Under the pieces are notes generated by a model. The model had not been told where the DNA came from. It ran no database searches and worked only from the letters and a program-made list of their open reading frames with translations. A stretch of 54,490 nt of DNA, filler included, from Squatina squatina (taxonomy: Eukaryota), in assembly GCA_031763465.1 (NCBI GenBank). It is 2 parts of 2 records of this genome, joined end to end, with 100 filler letters (N's around TTAATTAATTAA, not from the genome) between each part and the next. Parts side by side here need not be neighbours in the genome. Positions count along the whole stretch, not along the records: positions 26,703 to 54,490 come from JARFOE010000234.1; 1 more part is not named here. One strand, written 5' to 3'. Positions within the stretch are counted from its first letter, which is position 1. Each line of letters begins with the position of its first letter. This document shows, piece by piece, positions 38,287 to 51,319 of the stretch. The position numbers and the translations under genes were made by a program.

Positions 38287-39796
38287 NNNNNNNNNNNNNN
38301 NNNNNNNNNNNNNNNNNNNNNNNNNNNNNNNNNNNNNNNNNNNNNNNNNNNNNNNNNNNNNNNNNNNNNNNNNNNNNNNNNNNNNNGGACTCTGTCTGTA
38401 CCTCGCCGCTGCTGTGCTCCTGCTCTCTCTGCCGCCGATATTTATGTGCCACCGCCGCTGCTCTTTCCCTCACAGGTGCGCCGCTGCTGTGCTCCTGCTC
38501 GCTCAGCACAATACTTTCAGTCTTACCTTTTAACTTATTTTTATTCCTGGCAAGATGCCAAATTGCCCTAGGAGTATACAGAAGTGCAACATCTCTGGTG
38601 GAAATTCCTGCTGTTTCGGCAGGCATTTGGTAGTTAGCTACAGTACATTGATCAAGAATGACAAAGATCAACGGCATCTCAATCATTTACAGCACAACAT
38701 ACAATTCCCCTGTGTGTTCAAAGAAGCTTACATTTCATTTTCAATGAGTTAACAGGCATAAAAAGACCAACTGTGGGGTTGACCAGTTTTACTGTTGCTC
38801 TAATTAAGGGAAATCAAAGTAAATGCTTTAATTTATACTGTGTTTTGTGGCAGAGTGGCTTATTCTGAGGGTATGGCATTTAATCATGCCTAATTTTAAT
38901 CATACACAGTGGGGCAGAGTTCTACCATTATAACTCAAATGCTTTCTAGAAAATGCTATTAATAGTTCTCAAGGCACTGATGAAACAATCACTTTCAGTG
39001 TGAAATGACTATGGTGTTTTGGTGCTTTGTACTTAAATTGAAAAAAAAATGTCAACATTTTTATTCTTACGCATGTCAAAGTGAAGGATACAGGGAATTG
39101 TGTATGTTCAATTTCTCGGTGCAGAACAAGGATTCCGAGGTCAGGTACAGCACAGTTACATGCTGAGTTTCCTCTCTGCATCAGCAAGAATTCCCTGCCA
39201 CATCAGCATGTCAGTTTGCTATTTTCAATACCAATTTAACGACAATTAGTGTCAAATTGTCAGGGGTGGATGGGAGGGAGCTTTTCGCTGTACCTCTGGG
39301 CCAAGTAGGAACTGGATTGAGGCTACCCAAACTATTTCACAAAAGACCCTTACAGCTAGCAGACTAGAGACTTTAATCCCATGAGACTGGGCCAAATTCA
39401 AATCCAGGTCCACCCAATCCCCTAAACTGAGAAAACTTTTAACGAAGACTTGTAAGAGATCAATTTGTATATGAGTTGAAACTAAAATCACCACAATGGT
39501 AAAGTTCATTTTACTTTACTTTCTTTGCATGCCTTATCATTATGTTCTTCACCAAATATAAGTTTATATTTAATGAGAAGGCATATAAAGAAAGAAAAAA
39601 GTTGCTTTTAAAAAGCGCCTAATTATCCCCAAAGTACCAACCAATTTGGATTGAGGGTGAAAGATCCATACCCTTACAAGAGTCCCAACATGGAAGNNNN
39701 NNNNNNNNNNNNNNNNNNNNNNNNNNNNNNNNNNNNNNNNNNNNNNNNNNNNNNNNNNNNNNNNNNNNNNNNNNNNNNNNNNNNNNNNNNNNNNNN

Positions 39797-39912
39797 AGTG
39801 GTCACCCAATCTGCGTTTAGTCTCCCCAATATACAGGAGACCACATCGTGAGCAGCGAATACAGTATACTAAATTGAAAGATATACAAGTAAATCGCTAT
39901 TTCACCTGGAGG
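39797..39912 (-). mobile_element. Penelope-like GIY-YIG fragment
   Basis: LVYCIRCSRCGLLYIGETKRRLGDH. Confidence 0.88.
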
Positions 39913-40699
39913 TCAATTCATTCCTGTGCAGGTGTACACAGCAGCTGGGCAGCACTGTGCAGGTACTGAGTCATCAGCTTTGATGGCTCTGAGGAAAGAA
40001 AAAAAATTGCATTCCCCCAAGCTCTGGCAATAGCGTTTTTCTCTCCACCCCCACTCCCCTCTATCATATAGCCTATCTCTCTCTTCCCTCCTCCCCCACC
40101 AAAGTCTCTCTCTGAAGCAGCCCATGGCTGGGGAGTCAAGAACTGTACTAATTAGAGACTCCCAACCCCCCCTCCCCTCTTTGTGTAGAGATGTTACAGA
40201 AAGACTAAAGCACAGCAATCCACTAAGAACGATCAGTTTCTCTGACATTTTAGTAATGAGGAATTTATCCCTCTAATGTTGCAAGTGCACAGTTGCAGAA
40301 ACAAATATTCTGCTCTCAGTGAACTTGGGACCATCCAATATGTGTTTACTGATATAGGCTGAGATTGAGAAGAAGTAATTATTTTCTGAGCAGTGTTTTC
40401 ATTTCAGTAAATAATTACTTCTTTGCAGCCTCCCTTCACATCAGGAAATACAAGTGGGTGACACTGAATGTACAAAGGACATATTTATTTATTTCATACA
40501 GCTGACAGCTCACAAGCAATTCTATAATGGTCTAATTTTCTCCACTCTCTGAAAGGCAGTCACTCATGCTGGGATATACTTCCAAGGTGCTCTAATCCTT
40601 CCAGTACCTCATCCAACTGACTACTTCTCACACATGAGCCTGAAGAGAGGCCAATATTCCCGTCATTGGCTCTCCATGTGCGCAAGTTCACAGAGAATA

Positions 40700-40945
40700 A
40701 TGACATAGAAGAAGCAGTCTGAGGCTGTTAAGCTGGATCTCTGCACGTTTTTGCAGAGGGTGCACATTTCCTGCAAGTGTAAGAAGTTTGTGAGCCTCTC
40801 TCCCCCAAAAAGGGAGAGTGCTAATTTTAACAGCCTTGAAAATTTAGCCTCGGGCTCTTTCCAGGCAGCATCCAGTGCGTCTGAAGTTCACCAAGGCATC
40901 AAGCAAGTGCATGATATTTTATTTGCCAAAGGAAACAATTACATC
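40700..40945 (+). mobile_element. Harbinger transposase relic
   Basis: LASGSFQAA...VHQGIKQVHDILF. Confidence 0.55.
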
Positions 40946-43900
40946 ACGGCCTAGAAATTCGATTGCACCGATTTTTGGGGGTACGCACTGGACGTATTAG
41001 TGTTGTCCCAGGCAGTAAGGTAATATTCGTGCTGCCTGCTCGAGGAAAGTACTGGGAAGGAGAAAAGTCGCTGCAGAAAGCACTAAGGGCACCAAGGTGC
41101 TCTGGTGCAGGTGGTGGATGCTACTCAAAATACGTATAATACTCCTCTTCCCTTCACTCCTACAATCAGTCTATCACAGTTTACTGCATCTCCTTCTCAT
41201 CCTACTCACTCACTCACTATTATAACCCTCACTTCCCCACATCTCACACGTTACACACTGCATGCCAGATATTCTACCATGACAGGCACATTCTCTACTA
41301 AACACCTCACAAGACTGTCACAAACACACTCCTTTCTTGCATGGGACGGTGGCAGACAACTTGAGACAGGAAGCTGCCACTGGAGAAGACCGAGCCTGAT
41401 TGCTCACCATCTTCCCTTAATGAAAACATGCTGACCATCATGGGCCGGGCAGAGTCATGGGCGTGACAGCTGGCAATGCTGGAAGAGACGTCACGCNNNN
41501 NNNNNNNNNNNNNNNNNNNNNNNNNNNNNNNNNNNNNNNNNNNNNNNNNNNNNNNNNNNNNNNNNNNNNNNNNNNNNNNNNNNNNNNNNNNNNNNNATTA
41601 AAATGAGTTCGTTTTATTATTTCCTTACTCCAGGGATTGTTAGCACTGATAAACCTCCTTGCTGTGATGGAGACATGATTAACAGCCCAAGGCGAACAGT
41701 TTGGACTAAAAATATATCAGTCCCAGAAAACAGCACTTTCAATGGCATTGTTTTTCTCTGACACACAATGCTATAAACAGGGACAGAGCTGCCCTTTATT
41801 TTGTGAGTCCAGATGCTCTTTTATTTCTTAATGTGAACATAAAAAGATACCACGAAAAGTACAGGAATCCTCCCCTTATGGTATGTATGGCAGGTTTGAT
41901 CATGAATGTTATTAATAAGCATGAGAGAAATGCCTCAGGATCCTTCTAATAAGTCATCAGCACTAAAGTCAGAATCAGAAATGTTCAGGTCTTACCATCA
42001 ACACTCCCTGAAAAGCCAAAAGCCATAACTGGATGCATTTAATCCTATATTAGAATCGCTCACAAGCTCCTGCTTCCACTACCTATAACTATTCTTTCCC
42101 TCACAGGCACAAGGCAACTTTCCTTTCTTTATCCATGCCTTTCCCCAAGATAGCTCCTACTACAGGTATCTTTGGTGATGGTGTCTACCTGTGGCAGCTT
42201 CCCTCAGCCTACAAGTTTACGGAAGTGGATTTACCCTGATAAGTCTGACTGTCCAGTTTTCAGATTCATGCTGCACACATGCATCAGCAGACATTTTCCT
42301 ACTCTCAATGCCAATGTTAACCCTGTGGGACATGGCAGTCCATATCTGAGTCTTTGACTAACCCCACAATACCCAGCTCACCTTCCAGTGTTGTGTGGAA
42401 GAATGCAAGTGACTCCCCATCANNNNNNNNNNNNNNNNNNNNNNNNNNNNNNNNNNNNNNNNNNNNNNNNNNNNNNNNNNNNNNNNNNNNNNNNNNNNNN
42501 NNNNNNNNNNNNNNNNNNNNNNCAGCCCTGGCCTCATTTGCCTGTGCCCTCATGGCTCTCTGCCTGTCTATAAGATGTCTTCTGTGTCTGAGGTAGCGCA
42601 TGTGTTGTCGGATGAGTACCCATGGTTACTGGGGCCGATATCTGCAAGATGGCCAAAAGTCAGGACATACCAAAGAGAAATCAGCACTGTCTCAGAGTGA
42701 GGCTAAAAAGTGAAAAGTCACATGATTTGAGTGAGATGGAGCTGGGAGACAAAGTGAGAATGAAGCCCAGTCCCAGTGCTTTCAATAGCACTGAAAATCA
42801 TCAGATGAGGCATGTCAATGCCCAAAAATGGGGCATTGTCTCTGCTAGTTTTAAGGCTCAGCAGCCTTATCGAATTCTATAGCGGGCGGCCATTTTGGCA
42901 TTGCACCCACTGATGATGTCATTGAGTCATTCTAACGCTGAACTTTACATTTTGAGCCTTAAAGTGTTAGCGTCCATTTAGCACTGGCGTTAAGGGGTGC
43001 CAAATTTTGCTGTGCTAAATTTAACGCCCAAAATCGGCATTAAGCCTTTAACACCCATTTAGCGCCAGTTTAACGCCAGAAAAAATGGACAAATTGGGCG
43101 CCCTTAGACTTTATGGTAAAGGTGTTATTTTACCCTGGTCAAATACGGCTACCTCAAAAAGCAGTGTTGCAGATAGTTTGTTGATTTGATGAAGGTAATT
43201 ACTTTAGTAATACTAAAACAACTTTATTTCAATCAATGCATGATTAGTATTTTGAAATCTCGTTTCAATATAAGAATGGACATATGGTAGACTCGTGGTT
43301 ATGCACTCGCACCCGAAAGCTGTGATTGTAAGAAGTGAAATTTAATGCAATGAATCTGGGTTATTTGCGCCTGCCCAGAGGTTAAAGTGGGCCAGGAAGG
43401 TGTAGCCCCTCACTCACTGGTACTTTACAGTATCACCTCTCAATATTCTTTTCATATTTGAAAATTGTTCTTTGTTTTCCATTGGCCATTCACAACCTCA
43501 CGTAATAAACAAAATACTGAAATATGCTTTCTGAGCATGTTTCAGTCTTTTGCTCATCAGATTCAATCCTGATCCTTTCATTTATCGGTGACTGGCATGT
43601 GATTCCTGACTTCTCTAAGGTAAATTTATCTTTCCAGGGTAAGTTTACTTTTTGAAGTGTAATCTTTTATTTTTGTTTTCTCTTGTCCCTGTGTCCAATA
43701 ACTCTGAAGTATTGTGTTCATTCTGTTTCAGAGATGAGTGATGAATCTTTTACTGGGTACAATATCTAATCTACAGATGAGGCTTTTCGATTTACAGTGC
43801 ATTTGGTCCTCTCACGTTTTAATATTTTACACCATTTCCAAAACTTTTCCTTTGAAACTATTTTCAAGGAGAGTGGGTATTTCTGAACTTTTTTTTTAGT

Positions 43901-45042
43901 TATTGAGAGTGCATCTAAGGTAAATATATAACAAAGAGATTTTACAGCTCGCTCCTTTGTTTGTAGCTCTTCGAAGTATAGGTCATTGTAATGGATCCAC
44001 GGCAGCTTCATGCCCACCAGCAGGCTGTTTGTTTTAAAATAAAATTAAAAGCTTCATAGAAAGTAGAAAGGCAGAAAAAGGTTCTTTGGTGCCTATAGGA
44101 CAGATTGGCAGCCCGGAGGTGGCAACTGTGCATGTAGGCAGACAGATGTGACACGGCTATACAACAGGCCGAAAGCGATCACCACAGCGGGGGAAAGGAG
44201 GTCAGAGACTCAGAAAGTAGTTGTGAAAGTCTTATGACAACCACTATACAGACGTAGTTAAAACCACCGTCATCTGGTAATCGTGAATCCAATTTTGATG
44301 AATTCTACACAAAGCCGTGTACCTACTATAGATTTGTTTAATGTATGCAATGTGCACTGAATATCAACCCTTTGTGCAGGAGTTCAAAACATAGTGGTAA
44401 TTAAATAAATGGTCGGAATCTAAGATGTAACTGAGAAAACTAGACCAAGTTATCAATAGTGTATACTAGGCGGCATGGTATAGCCTGATATACATGCTAA
44501 GCCAACCTAAAAAGATACACACATCCTGTAATTTTTGTCTATATTTAGGTGTCATTTTAGCAAGTTCCCTCACAAAATATTTTAGAATTGTGGTCTCTGG
44601 TAGCTCATTGAAACACATACACGTTGATCATTCACCACAGATTTGTAAGAAAAACAAATTAAGTAAATCGATAGATACAAAAGGTTTATGTGCATTACAA
44701 ATTTACAAATATTTTCCCTTTAAATATTAGAAATATGTCCAGTAATACATGGAAAAGTGCAGTAAGTAAACTATACCAAAGCTGAAAGTTTGCACTCCTC
44801 GTCGCTATTCAGCAAGTTGGCAACCTCTGACAGCAATCGGCACATGTGAGGAATAGACTCAGTTTCAGCTACTCTGTTATCCAAATCAATTAGCCCACTG
44901 ACATTCAGTCTGCAGGCTCATGTGTAAAGAACAACCACTTATGTGAGATACTTCAGTGCTACTGCCAACCATTAAACAGCATTCTAAAGCCTCCTTCAGG
45001 TGATGAGGAATATGGAAGGTAATTGAAAGAAAGAATAAAAGA

Positions 45043-45239
45043 GTAATTGTCAAACTTCATGCTGCTGGTGGGAGCCTTACCCTCCAGAAGCACTTACAGA
45101 AATTTGGGCAGGTACTGCATTTGATTCCCAAACCATTAATTTAAATGGCTGAAAAATTATGTGCTATATGCACCTGAATTTCAAATAGTGTTCCTAGCAG
45201 GCAAAGCTCCCCATCGGCAGCATAAAGTTGGGAAATTAC
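45043..45239. mobile_element. Palindromic MITE-like foldback element
   Basis: Arms aacttcatgctgctggtgggagcctt / aaagctccccatcggcagcataaagtt symmetric about ccattaatttaaatgg (45133-45148). Confidence 0.7.
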
Positions 45240-45752
45240 CTACCCTCTTTTATTAGCATTCTTGTATTACAACCAGAGAGATTTTTAGTTATTTCCTACC
45301 TCTCTTATCCCACATACTTCATATCTATATTCCAAATTATTCTCATGGGTAAGTCCTTGGCTCCTATGGCCTTGCAAGCAACTTCACCAAAGCTCCTTGT
45401 AATTTGTTTTTGGGCCACGTGGCTCATTCAAAATACTGCGCATGCTCATTTTTTCTATTTGCAAGCTGGCTGCACGGGATCCCTGGAGCGCTGCGCGGCT
45501 GCACAGCTTACAGGGAACATTGATCTTACTGGCCCTAATATCTAGGTACATTTTGGTAATGTGATCAGGATACTGAACCAAAAACCTTTCTTTAAAATTT
45601 TATTTGGCTACTGGATGTAGGCTGTGACTCCACAAAATCCTTTTCACATTTTTGAAAAGTTGCAGAGCATCATAACATCAAGCCTTGTTTTGGACTTTAG
45701 CTATCAATAAAATGAATTGAACAATCGATAAAAATTGTCCAAAATAGTGTCC

Positions 45753-46397
45753 CAGACTCCGCCATCAACATCCTTGGGTACGTTTGTCCCAGCGGCAGGA
45801 CAACCCACCAGGGTGGCGGCACAGTGGTATAGAGTCAGGAAGGCGTGGTCCTGGGAGTGCTCACCTTTGACTCCAGACCCCATGAAGTCTCATGGCTTCA
45901 GATCAAGCATGGTCAAGGAAACCTCCTGCTTATCACCAACTACCGCCCTCCCTGAGTTGATGAATCAGTACTCCTCCATGTTGAACACCACTTGGAAGAA
46001 GCACCAAGGGTAGCAAGGGCACAGAAGGTACTCTGGGTGAGGGACTTCAATGTCCGTCACCAACAATGGCTCGGTAGGAGGACTACTGACCGAGCTGGCC
46101 GTGTCCTGAAGGACGTTGCTACCAGACTGGGCCTGTGACAGGTAGTGAGAGAACCAACACGAGGGAAAACCTCCCTGACCTCGTCCTCACCAATCTACCA
46201 GTAGCAGAAGCATCTGTCCATGACAGCATTGGTAGCAGTGACCACCACACAGTCATTGTGGAGACAAAGTCTGCACACCGAGGACACCCTCCATCATGTT
46301 GTGTGGTACTACCACAGTGTTAAATGGGATAGATTCAGAACAGATCTAGCAGCTCAAAACTGGGCATCCATGAGGTGCTGTGGGCCATCAGCAGCAG
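45753..46397 (+). mobile_element. LINE APE endonuclease fragment
   Basis: VLWVRDFNVRHQQWLG; DLVLTNLPVAEASVHDSIGSSDHHTV. Confidence 0.85.
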
Positions 46398-47164
46398 NNN
46401 NNNNNNNNNNNNNNNNNNNNNNNNNNNNNNNNNNNNNNNNNNNNNNNNNNNNNNNNNNNNNNNNNNNNNNNNNNNNNNNNNNNNNNNNNNNNNNNNNAAA
46501 TCACACCTATATGCTCAGTAAATAAATTTTAATTGGTAGATGGATAGCAATTTAGTTTACTGTACTGGGGAGCATTGATGTATCTCATTGCATGTACCTG
46601 TTGCAGACACACATAGAATTTATATTTATTTCACTGTTGGGACCAGTTTGGAGTGTAAAATTGTGACTTTACAGTGATCTTCAGATTTAAGCAAGGTGTA
46701 GGTATAAACTGGGTATTAGAGGTATTGAGATGGCTTTTGCTTTAAATACTGAATGGAATTTTGCAAGTTGTTTCCAGTTGCCGATTCCAAGCCTAGGTTT
46801 CAGAAACCTGAAAATTGTAAGAAGGAAACACTGAGAGGATTAAATTGGTGGAACAGAATGAGTTGGTGTAGAAATAGTGCAATGAGGCCTGCCTAATTTT
46901 AAAGCACTGAGGATACAAGGAAGCAAAAGAGCATGTAGGACAAATCCCTTGGAGCTCAGAGCAATGAAAGAGAAAGGTTCGGAGGACTGCTGACTATACT
47001 CATCGATGCTACTTAACTGGTAGCTGCATTGAATTGCCATCCGATTTTCTGTGACACGTGGTCTGCCTGATTCAAGACCCCATTGTATGTTGAATTGCAA
47101 GAAGATTCAGTGATATTCCACTGAATACAGTAGGTAACATTAGCCCTGGTTTGTTGTACTGAGG

Positions 47165-47535
47165 CCAGTGAATTTAGCTTAATGACATTGTGTGTGAAGT
47201 GCTTTGAAATATTTTGACAATTAATTACTTGTGGAATACAATGACTATTATGCAGGCAAACATGGCAACAATTCTGTACCAGTAAAGTCCCACAAACACA
47301 AGATAAATGGCTGTTAATTTGGTTTTTTTGTGATACTCATTGAGAAAAGAATGTTGACCAGGTTGCCTGGAGGATTTCCTGCTCCTTTTTAAATAGCACC
47401 TCAGCATCCACCTACAGAGACAGATGGAGGATAGTACTTATAACAATGTAGGATTCACTCACTACTGCATTAAAGTGTCAGCTAGATTATGTGCACAGTC
47501 CTGATTTGTGGCTCAAGCCCACAACCTTGTGACCC
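47165..47535 (-). mobile_element. Deu-domain SINE, degenerate
   Basis: Antisense similarity to 21800-21928 and 36116-36236. Confidence 0.6.
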
Positions 47536-48253
47536 AGAGACCTGTCGACTGGTAATAGCAGTATTGTTACTGGTGTAATGGACCAGTGCATTCCAGCAGC
47601 AGCAGCACCAGATCATTCTGCTGTGCTCTTATACATACCGCTTCTAGTGAATATTGTTACAAGTTGCTTCAAACTGATGTGCAGTAAGGCTGTTGGTCTC
47701 TCTCAGGTTGACGGTCCAGTGTTTTCTGTAATTGCAGATCAGTGATGCTGTTAACTCGCAACTCTGATTTTGTTTCAAACTTAATCCGTGTCAGTCCATC
47801 AGTACATTTCGGCTATTTCTGGGATCCATTTTGGAATACTAATTTAATTCCTTAAACGTGCAGATACTTATGATAGCTTTGCCCCCAACATGGTTTTTCT
47901 AAATAGAAGATAAATTCATTGTCTATCACAGTTTACACATTAGAAAATGGATCAGCGGTCAGAAATTTTATTGGAAACTAGAGAATTCCAGTTACTATAT
48001 TAATTCCTTAGCTATTGGAGAACACCCAATTCTATTGGAAATAAAGTTAAATGAGGGAGATTGATGAATGCAAATGATGCAAAATGCTGAATTGAGACTG
48101 TATTGCTTATGATGCTTATCCATAGAAATTACAAATTTGTAGCAAATTTCTGCNNNNNNNNNNNNNNNNNNNNNNNNNNNNNNNNNNNNNNNNNNNNNNN
48201 NNNNNNNNNNNNNNNNNNNNNNNNNNNNNNNNNNNNNNNNNNNNNNNNNNNNN

Positions 48254-48460
48254 TTGACAGTCACTTCGGCCAATGGCGGCCGCGGGCGGCGGAGGCCAAT
48301 CACAGAAGCGTGGAGGCCGGACTATGAGTGATTGACAGGCTTCTCAGCCTATGGGGGCTGCACTGAGCAGCAGCCAATCAGAGCGGCGTAGGGGCCGAGC
48401 TACGAAAGATTGACAAAGTACGTGGCCAATGGTAGCTGCTGGGAGCAGCAGCCAATCAGA
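48254..48460 (+). promoter_or_regulatory. 78-bp degenerate tandem module x3 with PBX/PREP-type and CCAAT motifs; putative CHD1 promoter/5' UTR
   Basis: TTGACA at 48254/48332/48410; CCAAT (once CCTAT) at +16 and +42 of each unit; exact TGATTGACAG at 48329-48338; GC/CpG-rich. Confidence 0.65.
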
Positions 48461-48605
48461 TAGCAATGACTCCAGTGACTCTGACAGCGGTTCAGACTCG
48501 GGCAGCCAATCTGATTCTGATTCATCCGGTTCAGAAAGTAATGCATCATCATCCAGAGGAAAGAGACCAGTTGAAAGCAAAGTTCCAAAAACTGATGGAG
48601 CAGAG
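48429..48605 (+). CDS. CHD1: CHD1 Ser-rich N-terminal exon (start uncertain)
   Basis: GSSSQSDSNDSSDSDSGSDSGSQSDS...KVPKTDGAE|gt matches the CHD1 exon ending KVDGAE. Confidence 0.85.
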
Positions 48606-49035
48606 GTGAATATAACAAGTGTGCTTGTGTCACTACTTCATATTTGTCTGAAATACGTAATACTAGATTCGATTTTGATTTTAAGAAATAGTCCTTGAAA
48701 TTGCAGTTCATGTATCTGTCCTTGGAATTCCACACAAAGTTCTCTGCATGATGCAATGAATGACAAAAGACTACAATTGGGTGGAAAATATAAAATAATT
48801 GGGGGCAGGAACATTTTAAATGTTTGCATTAACCGTTAGAGTGCTAGAAAAACTGGGAAGGCCAGAATTAGTCTTATCCCGGTGGCTGCAAGAAAAAAAA
48901 CTATTGACCTGAAATCTTGCAAACATGTCAGATTGAGTGTAGAGGGGAGGTGGTGATTTTCTGTAGTATCGACACGGTTTAGATGACCATCGTAGGTTTT
49001 GAATTTTGATCCCTCCCCTCTCTATCCTGTTGCAG

Positions 49036-49140
49036 TTTTGGAAATCGAATCCAAGTATTTTAGCTGTGCAGAGATCTGCCATGATCAGGAAACAGCAACA
49101 ACTACAACAGCAACAGCTTTCTTCAAACAACGGTTCAGAG
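49036..49140 (+). CDS. CHD1: CHD1 exon (105 nt)
   Basis: [35 protein letters not shown]; AG/GT flanks. Confidence 0.93.
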
Positions 49141-50639
49141 GTTTGAAATTTGATTTAAAATTAGTAACTGAGAAGCTTTTATTACACGAGGCAATTATTG
49201 AACTGTGATCAGGCTACCAACATGAGCTCATACAGCAATGAGTTTGTAGCAATGCAATACAGGGAACCTGGGAATTCACATCGACTATTATTGAAGCAGA
49301 ATGATTCAGTTCAAATTGGACATAAAATCATTAGCTGCTGGGACCAAGCTAATTTCTTTTTAATGGAAATTCCCAGCACAATCCATCTCGTGGTCTGCTT
49401 TGTCTCTGTCTTGTCCTCCTATCGTTGCGATTACAGTTGTACTCAATACTGGGCACACTAAAGGGGCTTATGGAGGCAAATAGAAATCTATCCATTGCCT
49501 CTACAGTAACACTGTAGTTCTCCAAGAAACTGAACAAAGCCTGATCTACTTTGATACCTAATTTTACTAACATTCAAGAACAAAGCAATATCAACGTGTT
49601 GCTTAAGACTTCATCTTGAAATGTTATGAAGTATCCCCAGTGCATGCTCTGCATGTCTCTAATGTCAGTGAACAGGTACTCTAATTTTTGTCATCCCTTA
49701 TCGTTAAAAAAAAAGTATCCAGATTTAAGGTGCACCTGTTAGGTTATAATGGAATTTGAAAAAGGAGCAAAATTTACTTCTGCAGTGTGATCATGAGTGG
49801 GAATTGATCTTGTACAGTAACTGAACGAGATTGAATAGTAATTGTTATGGATAAAGGTTAATCAAATTGGAGTTGAGCTTGATGATCAGCTATGATCTTA
49901 TTGAATGGCGGAGNNNNNNNNNNNNNNNNNNNNNNNNNNNNNNNNNNNNNNNNNNNNNNNNNNNNNNNNNNNNNNNNNNNNNNNNNNNNNNNNNNNNNNN
50001 NNNNNNNNNNNNNCTGACAATCAAAGACAGTGTCTTAAAATCCTTAAGATTTTATTTATAGGTTTGGGTGAATGAATATCTGAACTGAACTATTGCAGAA
50101 ATGGTATGGATTTTTAACAAATATCAGTTCCCTATCAGTAACTTGACTGGAGATTTTAAAAAATGTATCCCCACAACTGTTGCAGACTTGTATGGACTGT
50201 GTAAAGTGGATGTGTATTTGGGATGATCCATCACTGTTGACAAAAATACTTTGGAGTGGGAAAAAGGTTTACATATACATTTCATTTTTTAAAAAAAGCT
50301 TTTAGTCTTGGAATGAAGAAATATAAAAGTGCACTCTTTACACATGAACTAAGTAGATTTTGGATCTTATTTGTTCTCTGGATATTGGTGATATTATCTA
50401 GACCGCATTTATTGCCCATACCTAGTCCTGAGAAGGTCGTGGTGGGTCTTCTTGAACCACTGCAGTCCCTATGATGCTCCCGCAATAGTAGGTAGGCTAT
50501 TCCGGATATTGACCCAGCAATGATGAAGGAATGATGTATGTTCAGAAACTGATCAGGGTAGGTAGGTCTGCTTCAACATTTCACGTAAAATTACTGTAAT
50601 ATGAGAATTCCCTCTTGTAATGCTATTTCATCTCTTTAG

Positions 50640-50765
50640 TGAAGACTGGCAAATGTCTGGTTCTGGTTCTGAGGAGGAAGAAGATCGAGAAAAGAGTACC
50701 TCAGGAGACAGCGAGTCTGACTACCAGCCCAACAACAAAGTAAAAAGCAGAAAACCTCAGAGCAG
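50640..50765 (+). CDS. CHD1: CHD1 exon (126 nt)
   Basis: [41 protein letters not shown]. Confidence 0.93.
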
Positions 50766-51319
50766 GTAAAAGTTTGAGGACACTAGTTAAGAGTTGGCTG
50801 AGTCATACAGAGCAGGTAGGCCCCTGNNNNNNNNNNNNNNNNNNNNNNNNNNNNNNNNNNNNNNNNNNNNNNNNNNNNNNNNNNNNNNNNNNNNNNNNNN
50901 NNNNNNNNNNNNNNNNNNNNNNNNNNACTACCATAACTTATGAGGAAGACAGCCGCCCACAGATAATTCTCTCTTTTCCCCGCCCCCCCCAACGAACTGT
51001 GCTCAACATTATAAGTAATCTATCAAAGCTCAAGGATACTGATCAAATTGTACAATTAATCAGTGATCTTGATAAGGAAGTCAAGTCCATAGATAATTTG
51101 ATCACCTGTGAACTGAGAACTGTCAGTTCTGCTCTTCGCCAGATGCTTATCTAGAATTTCTTTTGCAAAAAATGGATAATGTGCAACTTTGAAATTGTCG
51201 ATGCTGCCCCAAAGTATGCCTTTTAGAACCACTATTGCTTAAGTGCCTATTTCAGTCTTTGTGAGATGTCAGGAAAATATGCAGCTGGAAACTTATAATT
51301 GTACAATTTATAATTACAG

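Noticed and set aside
43766-44017. 83-aa ORF MKLPWIHYNDLYFEELQ as a candidate gene
   Set aside because: No recognised homology or splice structure; degrades into AT-rich sequence
49141-50639. Apparent loss of the short CHD1 exon between the 105-nt and 126-nt exons (phase mismatch)
   Set aside because: A gap at 49914-50013 can hide it; not evidence of pseudogenisation
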